Source of the DNA: Ramazzottius varieornatus
Taxonomy: Eukaryota > Animalia > Tardigrada
Assembly (NCBI GenBank): GCA_001949185.1
Contig: BDGG01000016.1
Location: 620,001-684,000 of the forward strand
Direction: 5' to 3'
Length of the DNA: 64,000 nucleotides
The translations under genes and the position numbers were made by a program. Shown one piece after another: positions 1 through 16,828 of this stretch (positions within the stretch are counted from its first letter, which is position 1; each line of letters begins with the position of its first letter). The notes beneath the pieces were generated by a model. It saw only the letters and a program-made list of their open reading frames with translations. It ran no database searches and had not been told where the DNA came from.

Positions 1-2287
1 GGTGTGGCTCGATGTGCTTTTGGAGAGCGCCGGCGGTGAAATTGATGAAAGAGAACTTGAAACCGGCAAACCCTTGGATCGAAAGAGGAATATAAGACAT
101 TTCGGTATTGCTCTGTCTCTTGTAATTGTAGTCAGGGTGCGAATTACCGTTCTTGCTGCCTTCGGTGGGAAAAGTCTCTCCCCATCCGGTGATGTAACAC
201 ATAGTTCCAGGAGTAACGAAACCGTTGTCTTTTGGTAGGCAAGCGAAGCGCTTTGTGTCGTCGTTATTCAAATTGGAAACGGTCTGCGACGAAAAAAGGT
301 CCAATTTCTTGGGACAGTCCAACCGTAGGAAAAAGGTGGTGCGAGTGTCATTCTGATCTGCGGTACAACGCCTACCATGTGTGTAATTACCTTGTCCAAT
401 TTAATCAATGCAAGATCACTGTCCACTGTATCGGGACTGAAGCGTTCATGGATAATGATTTTTTCGATTCCGGTAATCAGCTCAGTTCCTTCCTTGACGG
501 ATAGGTCGTGTTCACCCAACCGAACTTCGTACTGTGACGCCGACGTCCTAGATCAAGAAAACGGGGATAGATACATGAGATCAAACTTATTTCCGAAGAC
601 GAAAAGTCATTCTTACCCCATGACTGGATAATAACAATGCGCAGCCTAACATGGGAAAAGGCTGTCGGTTAATTTACACAGCTAGAACGGAGAAGGCGGA
701 AGTAGCCTCTTACCGAAAGAACCCAGTTCGGCGCAACGAGTGTTCCGCCACAGAAAACACGGTCGGAACCTCGAGTCAGCACTGCCGCCTGCCATGGCCA
801 CGAAAACGGCCGAGCTTCCGAACCACCCACAATGCTGAAAAGGGATAATTTCTCCCGGCAAAGTTGTGGTTAGGTTTAGTGGTGGCTCTTACTTGCTCAG
901 CTGACCGGTGGTGGACAATAGCGGTGAGATTGGCGGTCTTCCGCATTGCAGGGTATTAGGTGCCGGCGGTGTAAATTCCCACGTAATGTTAAACCCTTTG
1001 TCGTTGTAAGTCGGATCCGATTTAAAGCGCAGCTTAATGGCGCCTTTGGTCGTTGTCAGGTGCTGCGGACCATTCTTGCCGCAAAACCACGCTACTTCCT
1101 TGTAGTCACCCGTCGACACCCGCTCGTACAGCTACAACAACAGGAATTTGGTTAATACACGCCTCTTTTTCTATCCGACCACCAAAAGCATGATTTTGTA
1201 TCGGTCGTTTGCATGTATAATTGAGCGACACTGCACGTGAGCAATCAAGTGTACCACCTACCGTTAAAGAGTCGAAAGCGCAACGTCCGTTACGGTCGCC
1301 AGCTTCCAAAGCAAAGCTGTGAGCGTGAAGTCGGACAACCATACCAGCTGGCGCATTCAAGTTAAAGTCGCAGTCCACGACGTTATCAGGGTAGTTCCGC
1401 TCGCCGAAACCCGGCGACGTGACGAAGCCGCTGTGAGGGCCTGCAGGTCCGGCTTCCTGCCCACATGTCCGACTGAGAAATAAGGTCTCGCTGACCAGCC
1501 AGTTAATCTTGGCGAAGAGACTGGTCGCACTGCTGGCTGCGGCGTTGCGTCGGAAAGAGCAAACTTCGACGACGGCGTTGTTGCCTTCGAAGAGGTACAC
1601 GGAGGGGACGGCGCCTTGGCAAATCCTGGCTGGAAAAAAGACCATGGCTGAACAGAAGTCTTTCGTTCGAGGATAACAGATCAGACTCAATACAACTTAC
1701 CTACAGGTTCCACGACATCTTTTTGGCAGATTCCTTTCTTATGCACGCGCCCATCTAATTTATTCCCATCGTAGACGGCGACCCATTCGCGGTTACAATC
1801 GGCTTGCGAAGTCAGCGCAGTACCGGAGGTGGTCGGGTGTCCGAAGAATGAATGCGGATCGAAGCGAAACTCGATATTCTAAGAAGAATGAAAACACGCC
1901 TTCTTCTTGGAATCAAGAAGGTAAAATATTTCGAAATATTTCATTGTACCGTACGTTTCCAGACTTGACTGAAACCGTCCACCGACACCGGACGCTTTTC
2001 CCGCGGCTTCTCGACGCAGTGATAGTTCCTCGAAGTCCAGTTTGTATCTCCGGTACGCCGCATTGGTTATCTATGGACAGTCCGGTGAAAAACAGCTTCA
2101 AAAGAACCAAAGGACGGATTACTTTGAGGCGGCGATTACCTAAGGCTTCAATGGATGCAAAATGCTGATAGAAGAAAACTCGTACTTGATCATCCGTAAA
2201 AGCGCAATGGCATATTCCAATCAAACAAATCAGAAAATCAAAAATGATGAATATCCGAAAACCTTTGCCGAGGTTCCTCGAGGCCAT
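1..2287 (-). CDS. Secreted CUB-CUB-trypsin-like serine protease, multi-exon, 3' end outside the window
   Basis: Signal-peptide exon [28 protein letters not shown] (ATG 2287). Two CUB domains ([15 protein letters not shown]...CRWTV; [21 protein letters not shown]...FCGKNGP...[16 protein letters not shown]). Activation site [16 protein letters not shown] near 800-835, AAHC (catalytic His), DSDLALIKL (Asp), ACLP...CYITGWG. The catalytic Ser is not in the window. Confidence 0.88.
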
Positions 2288-3274
2288 CGAAGGCTTCTCC
2301 GGAGCCTGCTGAAAAAATCCCCTTCGGTCCGAGGAGTGTTCAACAGTCAGCAAAGAAACTGTGGGGGATTAGTGTGAGTTTGGCCAACAACGAAATTTGA
2401 CCGGTAAAAAATTCACAGCTCGAAACGGCTTTCGCGATGATTGACCGAATAAAGAGTGGTGTTGATAGTGGGATCAGACAGGTTTAATCGGAGACAGGTG
2501 ATGGACAGATCAAGAGTTTAAATTGTGACAGAGCAGCTGAGTAATATGTAAAGCGCGAATTAATGGGCCTGTGGCAAATGGTGGGAGAAACCGGTATGCG
2601 CACATACGGCTCATTTGTGACAAACCATATTGGCGGTACCCGGAATCAACAGAAAAATATGGCGGTGAACGAAATACTGTATAGTTTGTAACGTTGGCTT
2701 GAGTCTTGCAAGTAAGTCTTTGGTTATTGTTGTATTGCCTAAGTCGATTAAAAGGTCGGACAAAAATGCTGGTGGACATTGCAAGTGCGTGCATCTCTCT
2801 CAGGTCCGAACGATTGTGCGCGCGAGTCTGTTCCCCACCAGGTCACTGCACGCATTTGATGAGCACACAGATTGTCATGCGGCTCTATAATATTCAAAAC
2901 AAATATCCGTAAACCACAATACAATCGTTCAAAAACATGTCATTTTGCACTCTCTCCGTTGACATCAGCCGAATTTTGATTTGAAAGGCCGAATGCAAAT
3001 GTGAGGGGCATGGCTGTTCAAAAGGAGGAACTTTTATGGTATCAAGACACTGCGGACAGCACTCGTGCCATACTTTTGCTCTTGACTTACCTAGCGGGGA
3101 ACACTTGAAACTTTGCAGACGACAAGATACATGGCATCTTATTGTGAAGTTCTTCTCAATGAGTTCATTACCATCACGTTTCACTACACGAGTCAACACA
3201 CTGCCCGCTTCAGCAACATCCAACAAAACCGTCCACCTTCAATTATAATGCGGCATAAATAGTTCCAGGTCTCT

Positions 3275-3881
3275 TTACATGACTTGCATCTGCATTTTCG
3301 ACCAGGAAGCAATCGAGCACCAACTAAGCAAAATGACAAGAACAAAAAGAGGAGCGGCTCTCCGTCTGGCAGCGTTGCATCGGTCACCGGTGCAAGTGAA
3401 GATACAAGCCCGGTACTCCAGCGGCTCATTTGGTCTCTGGATGAAGTTGCACTGGTTGCCCAGGTTCTTGGAACTGCAAAAGCGCCTGGTCCCAGGTTTT
3501 CCTACCCAAAGCACAAGGATGTTCTATGAATACAAGACCAGAGTACAACAAAGGGGGACTTTATATCCTTACCTCCATACATGCCAGTAGTTTTGATGCA
3601 ATACCGTCCCTGGTAGACGTCGGTCGCGCAGTCGACTGGCTGGAGACCCGATGTTGCTTCGTCGAACTGTTCCTGACATCCCGCATGCAGCGTAGAATCG
3701 CACTTGTAACAGTCAATGGCAGAGCCTGGAAGATATATTACCACAGAAATTCCGAATACCTGAGCCTAGAGCTTCAAAAGCTGAATGGTCACTCACCGTG
3801 CGGTAGAACCGTCATTGCGAGAACAGCTGAAACAGGGAAAGCTATCCCGGGAACTCCGCCCAACCCATTTAGTTGTCCCAT
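3275..3881 (-). CDS. bou: GPI-anchored Ly6/uPAR three-finger protein, boudin-like (exons about 3797-3881, 3573-3725, 3275-3501)
   Basis: Signal peptide, IDCYKCDS...C...C...YCIKTTGMYGG..GTRRFCSSKNLGNQCNF...YRACIFTCTGDRCN and a hydrophobic C-terminal GPI signal. The GTxRFCSSxxLGNxC and YRxCxxTCxGDxCN pattern is the one I recall for insect Boudin. Confidence 0.72.
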
Positions 3882-4482
3882 TTTCGAACCGCAAACCTGA
3901 AATTAAAATGAGGGTAAATTTACACAGTGTGTTTCCCATTGTACTTCTCATCTGCCGTTATAGCCGACCTAAGAAACTGAAGTACCTCACGTTACGGACG
4001 TGATGTCTGCAGAGGGCGCTGCGCGCTGTCGATGGCACCCTATTATAACCGCGAGAACTCTTTCATCGATTTTCCCCATCCTGGTTCCTTGTCGGCGGAC
4101 TCATGGCAGCCGTAGATGTCATCTCTCTTCGCCCATCACCTTCTGTTAAGTACACATGGTGCCCACAACCCATTTGCTAACAGTCTACTGTATCCAGGGT
4201 GGTTACATTGAGCTCTCAGCAAAGTTATGCTCAATCACTTTCGGCCTCCACGGAGACTCGCTGTGCGAATCCCCATCAGCAAGCTCCCCACACAAAGGCT
4301 TCCCTTGACTTCCATCGATCCGAACGTCTACAAGCAAAAACATTCTAGTAACATCCACACGCTTAACAATTCATTCATGCGGATGACATGTGGAAGTAAC
4401 CTTCAATTTTGGTTGTCCGTGTTGGAATCGACTCCATTTTTTTCCCCCGATCGAACTTCCCGATTTAGTTTTTGTGTCCAAA

Positions 4483-4993
4483 ATGGCCCGTCTGTACTCG
4501 GTGATCGCTGTGTGTCTGATCCTTCTGGTCGCCTGTGGACTGCTCTGCGAGGCGAAGTTGGCTTCTAAGCGCAGTAAGCCAGCCATGAGTCGCCAGAGGA
4601 TTGCCCGCGCCATCAGCAACGTCCATCTGATGAACCGCGGAGCCACCGGATTCCACGCAGCAAAGAGCGCGAAGGTCGCTACGGACCAGAACCTGCACAT
4701 GAAGGTCAAGAAGACAAAGAGCGTCAGTCCTGCCAAGCTCGTCAAAACCAAAAGTGTCAAGAAGAGACTGCAGCCTGGAACCCACGCTAGTAAGCATACC
4801 TTTCCGCGACAGCTCAACCCTCAATTTTGGTGAAATTTTAGGAAAAAGTGTTGAAAACACGAAAATTTAATGGGTGTCGTTAACCTCTATTCCAGAAATG
4901 GTTCGAGCACCCACGGCCCCACAAGCCCAGGTGATGGCTCCTTCGGCGAAGCATACCGCGCAGCATTGGTTGGGAGCTCTCTTGAACAATTAA
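4483..4993 (+). CDS. Small secreted Lys/Arg-rich orphan protein (exons 4483-4789, 4897-4993; about 134 aa)
   Basis: AAAATGG start, signal peptide MARLYSVIAVCLILLVACGLLCEA, GTAAG donor at 4790 and TTCCAG acceptor at 4896. The frame stays open to ...AQHWLGALLNN*. Confidence 0.65.
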
Positions 4994-7088
4994 AAACATC
5001 CTGAGAACCCGCAGGTTGAATTTCGGATAAATGCTCTATCCCAAAGTATATTCATTTGGCTAAAAGCGAGCCACCGTTCGATTCAATACACTTCCATTTG
5101 TGATTTTACAGTCATCACCGAAGTCTTCGAGATATGTACCTTTTCCCCCACCCGACTTGAATATTTAAGACATTAATTTTACTTCGCCACAGTTTTATTC
5201 TGTTTCCTGGTCTCACTTTTCAAGGGTCGCTGGCAGTCATTGCTTCTTACGACAATAACAATCCCCACAAGTTGCACTCTGAAAAAACGGAACGGAAAAA
5301 CGGATCTTTGGCGAAGCCCAATTTTATCGATGGACCAAACCCAGACTTTTCCCCATGCAGATTACAGCACAACTTACGGTTCTCCAGTAGACTAATTCGG
5401 CAAGAAGATGGCCCGCAATGATTCGGGCCATCTTCTTGCAAAAGAGCAATTAACTCGCCGCGCGAACTTGAGGAGCAATAATTTTTACTCTGCAGTCAAA
5501 AGCCAGCTAAGTTGAAGGTAATCAAAGTAAACACCCGTCGGCCACTAGCTTCGACCGTCGATGATACTTTGCGTGTCAACAGTTTCCAAGTACCGACGTC
5601 GACGAATCGTCCGACGAAGCGCGAATACTCCTGCTTCTCGTTGACGAGGCTAGCTTTTCGGCGTAATCTCGTAGCGTAACCTCGCTCGAGATCGAGTGAC
5701 CTCAACCACTCGAGTTGTTAGGGACGGTAGGGCCAAAAGGTTCCACGTTCATCCAGATCTTGATGAAATCGCTTGTGTCCCTCCCTTTCGCTCATGTCGG
5801 GACTGAGTTGAATTTCAAAGGCTCTAATGCGCATTTCGTATATGAATTCGTATTGCAAGTCAGTGAAAGTTGGGCAAAGCGAACGATCGAACTCGTGTCT
5901 CCGTTACAACTTAAGGTTTCCTCTTTTCGGACCAGGAAAACTGTGACCAAACTGGACGACGCAGTCGTGGAAGAGGACCTTCATTCTTTAGGGCCACCGG
6001 GACTACCGCCAAACAGCAGGATCTTTTCCCCAGTCGTAATTGTCTAGAGTAACCCCGCTATCAATCACGGTGTGTAGTGCGAATGATCAGGCAGGAAGTG
6101 AGAAGGATTCGATTGCGCCTCGTCGCAGTCTAAATCGGCAATCCGTGAATCAGTGCCCTCAGGACATCGGAGGAACAAACGAGGGAACCGTCCGCACATA
6201 TCTTTGAATGTTCCGCGTGGAACAGGATGTTAATACAGTACGTACACCATTGTGGCCAAGAACTGAACCGATGCTTGTATCCGGGCTTTGACACTGACAT
6301 TGCATCGATACCTCCAATCTGGCACCGAACTGTTCACAGCGCTCGTTGAGATCTCGAAGTCTTCCCGACATGATCCCGGTGTCCGTTGAATAGCTCACAC
6401 AGCTAGGAAACAAGCAAGTACGGCAGGAGAGAACTAAGAACACCGGACTGGAATGGATTTGGCGAACCAATGTAGACGATCACGAAACATGGTTTGATTC
6501 ATTTTCCAGTTTAGTACACTAATGTGGTGACGTCATGCGTGAAGTTGGCAGGCAGCGGTCGAACCGAAAAATTCAATGGCCAGGTGATGATAGCCGCATC
6601 CTCTGCAGCACAAATGTGATGGACCGATAATTAGGCCCACCTCGAGTTGTCATTGTTCCAGGATCCAGTTCCAGAAAGCACAACAGCTGCTTTCATAACT
6701 TCATAAGTTTTGTTTCGAGAAACGCTCCGTTTTTTCCTGTCGTTTTCCGAGTGGATTCCGTGCTTCATAGACATCCTTTCCCATGTGCGACGGATGAAAG
6801 CACGATTAGGATTCAGACGCTCTGAGCAAGTCCAGTGAGAGCGTGGAGCATCAGCGCACATCAACGGTGAGTCTGATGAGCGGGAATTCTATGTAATGCT
6901 CTTCACCAGTCGACGATCAACAATCAACCGACGACGTAGATCATTAATTAGTTTAATTTTGACTTTTCGGAATTCAGAATTTTGACTGGATCTCCATCTA
7001 CTGCAGTCGAACGACGAATATTACATTTGCAAGCTGGGGTATCCATGCTCATTTCAAGTTGTATTACAGATAGTCATCCACCAGGTGA

Positions 7089-10339
<3,251 letters not shown>

Positions 10340-11011
10340 CCTGTTTATTGTCTCACAAATTTCGTGGTTTTTTTATCTTCCGCTTTTCGATTGAATACAC
10401 CAAAGTCATTTTTAGCGGCATTCTTTCTCTGAATCTTTATAATGGTTTTCCTATCGGCGTTTGTATTTGTATCGGTATGCTTTTTTGCACGTTTGAATGA
10501 AAAATAATATTGTAACTATTTTAACAAGATTTACTGTAAATTGAACAGGGTAAAATTTTAAGATGAGAATGCGTGCGCATATTTTTACAAGAGGTAAAAT
10601 GAATCAGTACACACAAAGTAAAATAATGAAACGCGGCTTCCAAAGGTGAAAGTCTTCCAACAACAACTGAGAACAAACTGAAATTAAAATACCAACCCGT
10701 GACATTATCCTAAGAGAAATTTTCGAATTCAACAACGGATGTTTTCATCGACCACACAAGATCAACTTCAGGTCGCGACCATCTCAGCGACCGTTCCATA
10801 ACTTAATCAGGCCATATCACAAGTTTGTGCAAATCCTCAACAGCAGAATACAGTAGCTTTTTTTCACGGACAGACACTCGACGCTGAGGTCGCGTAACAA
10901 AGAAACATCACCAGCTGTCATCAGATCTTAAAAGACTTTCTTTTCCCCATGGCACGGCATATTTCATAATACTGTCAAGTGAAACTTCCAGGTGCGCGTA
11001 ACACCTATCAC

Positions 11012-14000
11012 TCAGGGCCACGCTACGTAACCCGAAGCTGGTACCGCGACGAAGACGGCAGCCTTCTTCTCTGGTTCTGGACTAACTTTCCGATCAGGCA
11101 ACACGTACGACTTGGTCGCATCTTCGACCGTTGGTGAGGACTGACCACTGTCCGTTCCGTTAGGGCCCAACTCTTCCAAGTTCTCTTCGGAAACATGACC
11201 GAAGGCCGAGGAGTAACTGATACCACTCAGGGATTCGTCTAGGCGAGTGCGTTGTGGAACGTCTTCGGCTCCGTCTGAACCACCACTGTTGGCTGCTGAG
11301 TCACTGACACTTGACTGCTGTGAGACGTAACCTCCGTCAGAGGTTGTCAGCAGTCTTTGTTTCGCTGACTGAGACATTTGGTGGATGGTGGCGATGGCTG
11401 TGACGTAACCGTCAGAGGCACTGAGCTGACTGTCGCCGGTACTCGCCACCACGCCTAAAAGATACCATGTTATTGTTTGTGCGATTTTCACATTAAATAT
11501 TTATTCTTTGTCCGTTAGAAAATCAGTTGGACGTCGGAAAAAGGTTTCTGCCAGATGGTTCTCCCAACCGGCGTACACTCTCCGCCAGTAACGTGCGCCA
11601 CTTAGTTTGTTTGCAAAGTGGCGCACGTTTTTAGTGAACTGATTTACTCTCAGTGTGTTTTGGGCAACATAAACTCTTCTGACAGAGAGGTCTACCTGAA
11701 TCGTTTTGTTCGCTTCCAGCCTGGGAAACTTTCCGCGAAGGACTGTTGGCCTTGTCCAGCGTGTTCATGTTGGAGAACGGTCTCACGCGAGGTCGTGGGA
11801 CCGGTTTCTTAATAGCATGAGGGGACGAAGTGGAGGCCATACTGCTGGTCAGGCTGAGCGTGTCGGGCGAAGAGGACTTCTTGCGAAGTTGCAGGTGGAA
11901 CTGGCTGAGGTCAACGGCGGACTGCGACGTATTGACTTTGTGCTGTCGAGAATCGGACTGTCCATCTTCTTTAGAAGCCCGCGAAGACTATAAAGAAAAT
12001 CCGAAACGGATTAGAAAAAACTAGTGAGGATACAGTGCCTTGCAAAGAGACTCAACTTTACCGAGCGACTTCCTCTGGATGAAATGCTTCCATGTCCGCT
12101 GCTACTTCGACTAACATCACTAAACTGTCTCATGTAGCCCGAATGCTCCGAATCGACATTGGTGTAATGGTTTCGGTAGTGGTCATCGTACTTCTCGGAC
12201 AAGCCGGGAGGTATGATGATTTTCTGACTTTGCTGCTTGATATCACGGAAATCCTTTCTCGCCCTGAAAGAATAAATCTGTTTTCATCTCGGCTCCTTAC
12301 TCCTCCCGGTTATTCCTTTCCATACCTTTTCAGACACCGCCAAGCGACGAAAACAATGATCACCAGCAGGACCGAAGCTCCCACCGAACCGCCGACAATT
12401 TTGCCCATAGGAAGCTTTACTGCATCTGAAAATATTATCCATAAATTTTTATAAGTCGATTAAAAAACTCTTGAAATAACAAAACACACAACTTTTCATT
12501 GTCTTACGATACGATCCGATTTGCAGACACTGCACGAGTTTCTGCGGCAGGAATCCCGTCAGGTTCTGCAGTCTCAGTTCCTCGACAAGAGCCAGAGAAA
12601 AACAGTAGCGTTTCCCGGGGGACAGGTTGTAAATGGGGATGAAGGTGTCATTGGTATCGATCGATTTATCTGGAGCTGTAACCGGATGTCAAATCTGTCA
12701 GTTCCACAAGCGAGTTTGATAAAGTAAGCCGTGAGCAAATGGAATGAACCAGCCGTTTCCCAAAGTGGCGCACGTTTCCAGTGTGGCTGGCTGAAAGCGT
12801 GCGCTGCTTGTGCAAAATATCAGGCTCAGTTCATTTGCCCACGAAATACAGAGTTGTTAGGGACCGTTCAAGTATTACGTAAGATTCGGCGAACCGAACG
12901 GATTAGAGCCGCATCCATTGATTTGCTTTGATAGGAGGGTCCATTCGGCGCCTTTGACCTTGTCTTACGTAATACTTGAACGGTCCCTTATTTCAACCTA
13001 CCGCATTCCGCGGGCGCGTTAACCTCACAGGGGTAATAAAAAACCCTATATCCGGAAATGGGAAGGAAGCGCTTTTGACAAGGCGACAACCAGCTGATAT
13101 TGGCGCTGCCGCGGGGACCTTGTATAGCTGTCAGACCTTCCAGTTCCGGAGTTCCTGAAAAGAAGGACAAAACAATTACATGCGTACCGCTAAAAGGTAG
13201 GCCGATACCTCTGCCAACAAGGAATGCAAAAAGAGAAAGAAGACTTACTGTCAGTTGAGCTGCAGCTTTTGACAACCCAAGTCATGCCGCTGAGAGCTTC
13301 GCTAACAGCGTCACTCTGCCTTGCCGAGACGGCAAAGCGATATTCATGGCGTGGGTCCAGGGTGACGTTGTAGGCATGCAGGGATCCGCTGACGTTGACG
13401 TGCTCCATTCGGTCGGTACATTTCTCCAGATGTGGTTGCAGTGTTGTCTGGCACCAGAACAGGTCGATGGTGTCGGGCTTCCGGTTGACACCCCACGACA
13501 ACTCGTAGACACCTTGCTGGAACTTCACCACGTTGGCGAACTCAATCAGCACTGTAAAAAACAACCAACTCGATAGAGCGAAACGCTGTTCGAAACTGAT
13601 GCAACATGTAGGTAGTAGGTACAACCGTACAAAGGGAAAGTCATAAAGTTGGCCGGGTGGTGCCAAAGTTGTAAAGTTGGCCACCGAATATTAGGCTTAC
13701 GCCATCAAAAGGCCTACGCTTTAATTGAAAAAGATGCGCTTAACTTTACAATTTTTCCCTCGTACATGGAAGCCTCATCCAAAAGGTTTTCATCCAACTG
13801 CATATGGTAATCTGCTGGAGATACCTCGCTACGTGAATATGCAAGTGGATGAAAGTACCCAGACGGTATGATTTGCGCCCACCTGGATACAGTAAGCTGC
13901 TGATATAACCTTTTGGTTAAGTATGCAGGTGGATGAAAGACCGACTTCCAGGAATTTCATCCACCTGCGTACCCCGACCTGTGTTTTTCTTGTTATCGGT

Positions 14001-16828
14001 TATCTCAACAAATACGAAACTCATTCTACATAAAGAAAGGAAAGTCTGTCCACGGATAGTTGTTTGTTTTTTGTCCCGCTATCTTCTTGCTTTTAGAGAG
14101 CGGAATATTGTCTTTCCAATAAAGATTATTGATTCCTGTTCAAAAATTTTCTACATACACGGTTGGTCGCGAACAGCCGGGATGATGGTTCGTTCCGCCA
14201 GACCATTGCCCTTCTGGTTAGTGGTCTTGATCTCCACTTCGTACGTCTCAGTGGACGGTGCCGACAGGACAAAGTTCGCGAACTCTGTATGACGGATGTT
14301 GTTCGGGCCTTCGATGAACCTGCCATTCTGTAGCGTGCGGATAGTCAGTTGGTATCGGAAGTCTGGGCCATTGCGAAGATGCTTGGGCAGACCCATCCAG
14401 TACAGTGTCACACGCCGCTGGCCACCGTTACCCAGCTCTTCGTAGGCACCAGTGACCAAGCCAGGTCCCCCACCCGGCTTCTGGGCAGGTGTGAAACAGG
14501 AGGTGGTGACAAAGTCGCTGTAGGATACGCCGCCTTTCTTGGGACGCGATCGAATGCGGATGGTGTAGTTGGTGTATGCGTCCAGGTTGGCGAGGGTAAA
14601 GTTGGTGTCTCTCACGGCGTCAACAACAGACTGAAAGAAAACGAGAAGCGTAAGCGAACACTCGTAAAAGAACAACGCCGTTCTCGGTCCAATGTTCCAA
14701 AATCCGACAGAAAAATTTCCGGTGTTTACTGAGCCTGATTTTACGAGTTTACAGCATGCGAACTTTCTTCAAAGCGTTGCATCACTCATCATTCAATGCT
14801 TTCTGGCTTGACATTCGTGCATTTTATAACTACCTGGGAGCTCGGCAAACAAACTCGACAAAATTGTTTTCCCAAGTAAAAGCGAGTAGAAGCGTGTGCC
14901 ACTTGAGAAAAAGCGATCTGGACGAGTTCACTAGTCGAGCTCCTAACTTTTTTCCCTGTCTACCGATTTAGATTATTCCGTACTCGGATTCGAGAAAGAC
15001 AAAAACTGGGCGAACTTACATTCCATACGTCCACTCCAGAAAAGTCGGCATCATCCGGGTCTCGGTTATTTTCTTTCGCGTCGATCTGGTAGACCAGACC
15101 AATGGTCCGCAAAAAGTTCTCGTTACTCAAGGGTGCTTCCCACTCCAGGAAGCAGGACGGAGTATGGTTCGAAGGGACTGCCGTCAAGTTCTTCACCGGT
15201 CCTGGATGCACGTGCTCAGCTGGATTCACATCCTCGTGCCACAGCGACGTCCCGTACGAGTTGGTCCCCGTGATGGTGATCAGATGGGTGTATTCCAGTA
15301 GAAGGGGCGAATTCCCATGCTTTTGATCCCACTCACACCTACAACATGAACATAACAACTTCTCGTTAATCTGCAGTCCATTAGAACCACAGACTTTTCC
15401 TACAACAACCCAAATTCAGGACTGGCAAACACCGTACATTCAGTTTCACCAGCCTACATACCCAAAATAACAACAACGCCACGCGTCAAAAGTACGCAGG
15501 TAAACGAGAATCTATCAAAACATCCTTCCAAGAACCTACATACTCAGTCGACAGGTTATTCCAGTGAGTCATTGTATGCAGGTTGGTAAAACTCTCCGAA
15601 AGTAGGATTTCATCGTTTTGCACACTCTCGCAACAGTTCTTCCCCACATTTATTAGTATAAAGGTGGGTGAAAGCTTGCTCTATGGCCTTTCTTACCAGT
15701 AGAGACCATCCCGGTGGCTAATCTGAGCATTCCGCATCTTCGGACACTGCGTCTCAGCCGAACCGTTAACATGGTACGATAAGCTGTACTTGGTCGTGCT
15801 CCGGCCAATGAACGGGCCCGGGCGTTGGAAAGAGCAGTTGAGGTTGTGGTAGTTCTCCGAAACGCACGTGAAGTTGACGTACTTGCGCGGAGGTCCGGCT
15901 ACAGGGACCTCCACCGTGCTGATACGGTTCTTCGAGCCGTTGACATTGACGGAGCAACCATAGACGCCGTTATCCCCAATGTCGTCATCCCCCATCATCA
16001 AGTCAGCGATGCGCAGGGTCGCCGTATATTCGTCGGCCAGCGACGTCTTGACACGATTATCCGTCTCGTTGCTCAGTGTCATCCATTCGGTCCGACTATG
16101 AGGGTTACCGTTGGCCAGTCCACGATTCCAGACGATATCGCGAGCTATAACGGCGTATAAAATTAGGAAGGAATATTTCCCAGGGAACACATTCTCTTCT
16201 GTCTCGTTACAGAATAAGAAAAACTTTTGGTCATACAAAAATACAGAAATCAGTATTTTGTAACCAATTGCAGTTTCACGACCGATATTAAAATGGTCTT
16301 CTGCTGGAAGGTCCAGTGTTATCTTCAGGCTTTTTCTTTTTTTCCCTCAATTTCGTAACAGAAGTCTTAAAATATCTTTCTGTGTCACGAAACAAAATGC
16401 TAGTCAATATTTCAAATGCATGGTGATTGTCTAACGTGATTTTTTACCTGACACATTGTTGGCATCAGCATATTCCGCATGCAAACTGCAATTGAGATGC
16501 AGCGTTGAACCTTCTTGGACAAAGTCGAAGGAATTCGGAGTAAGTTCTGCAAAAGCGAACAAGCAGATAGCAGGTTAACAGATATAGCAGCCAATACTGT
16601 GATTTCGAACGTGCAACCACGCGGAAAAATCCGAGCACTTTGACGACAGTACTCAGTACTAGCTCAGTCACTCAACATCGAAAAACCAACAGTATCCATC
16701 TTCTCACCTCCAATATTGGGCGTCTTCAGGAAGAGGTCCCCAGAAGAAAAGCTCGCACATCTTGGTACAGTCCATCCGGATATGCAAATGAGAACGTGGA
16801 CGATTAGGATCTTGCGTACCGTCGCCAT
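11012..16828 (-). CDS. dome: Domeless/gp130-like class I cytokine receptor (signal peptide, Ig-like, cytokine-binding and FN3 repeats, TM, Tyr-containing tail), about 13 exons
   Basis: Signal exon MATVRKILIVHVLICISGW (ATG 16828), Ig-like module, NFTCVSENYHNLNCSF, FN3 repeats (LANLDAYTNYTIRIRSRP; RRVTLYWMGLPKHLRNGPDFRY; FWC..C...YRFAVSA..SGMTW), TM IVGGSVGASVLLVIIVFVAW near 12340-12400, tail with GYVT, GYVSQ (YxxQ) and GYVAWP. Confidence 0.82.
11555..11670. repeat. Same palindromic family, two degenerate units, last dome intron
   Basis: GTGCGCCACTT at 11593 and AAAGTGGCGCAC ending at 11626; the first spacer is shortened to 16 nt. Confidence 0.7.
12731..12842. repeat. Same palindromic family, dome intron
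   Basis: GTTTCCCAAAGTGGCGCAC, 25-nt spacer, GTGCGCTGCTTG; outer arms GTGAGCAAATG / CATTTGCCCAC. Confidence 0.78.
13630..13762. mobile_element. Degenerate Tc1/mariner-type MITE in a dome intron
   Basis: TA flanks; imperfect TIR CAAAGGGAAAGTCATAAAGTT / AACTTTACAATTTTTCCCTCG. Confidence 0.5.
13788..13972. repeat. Tandem array (period about 84 bp) of a second palindromic unit, TTTCATCCACCTGCATA-N30/31-TATGCAGGTGGATGAAA
   Basis: Left arms at 13788, 13873 and 13955; right arms at 13837 and 13921. Confidence 0.75.
14836..14944. repeat. Same palindromic family, internally deleted copy, dome intron
   Basis: Outer GGGAGCTCGGC / GTCGAGCTCCT; inner TTTTCCCAAGT...GTGTGCCACTTGAGAAAA. Confidence 0.78.

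Noticed and set aside
5240-6480. Cys-containing minus-strand ORF fragments between the orphan gene and MELK
   Set aside because: Multiple stops, no coherent exon chain and no recognisable motif.
13946-13954. TTCCAGGAA STAT-type site in a dome intron (possible autoregulation)
   Set aside because: A single 9-mer inside a repeat array is expected by chance.
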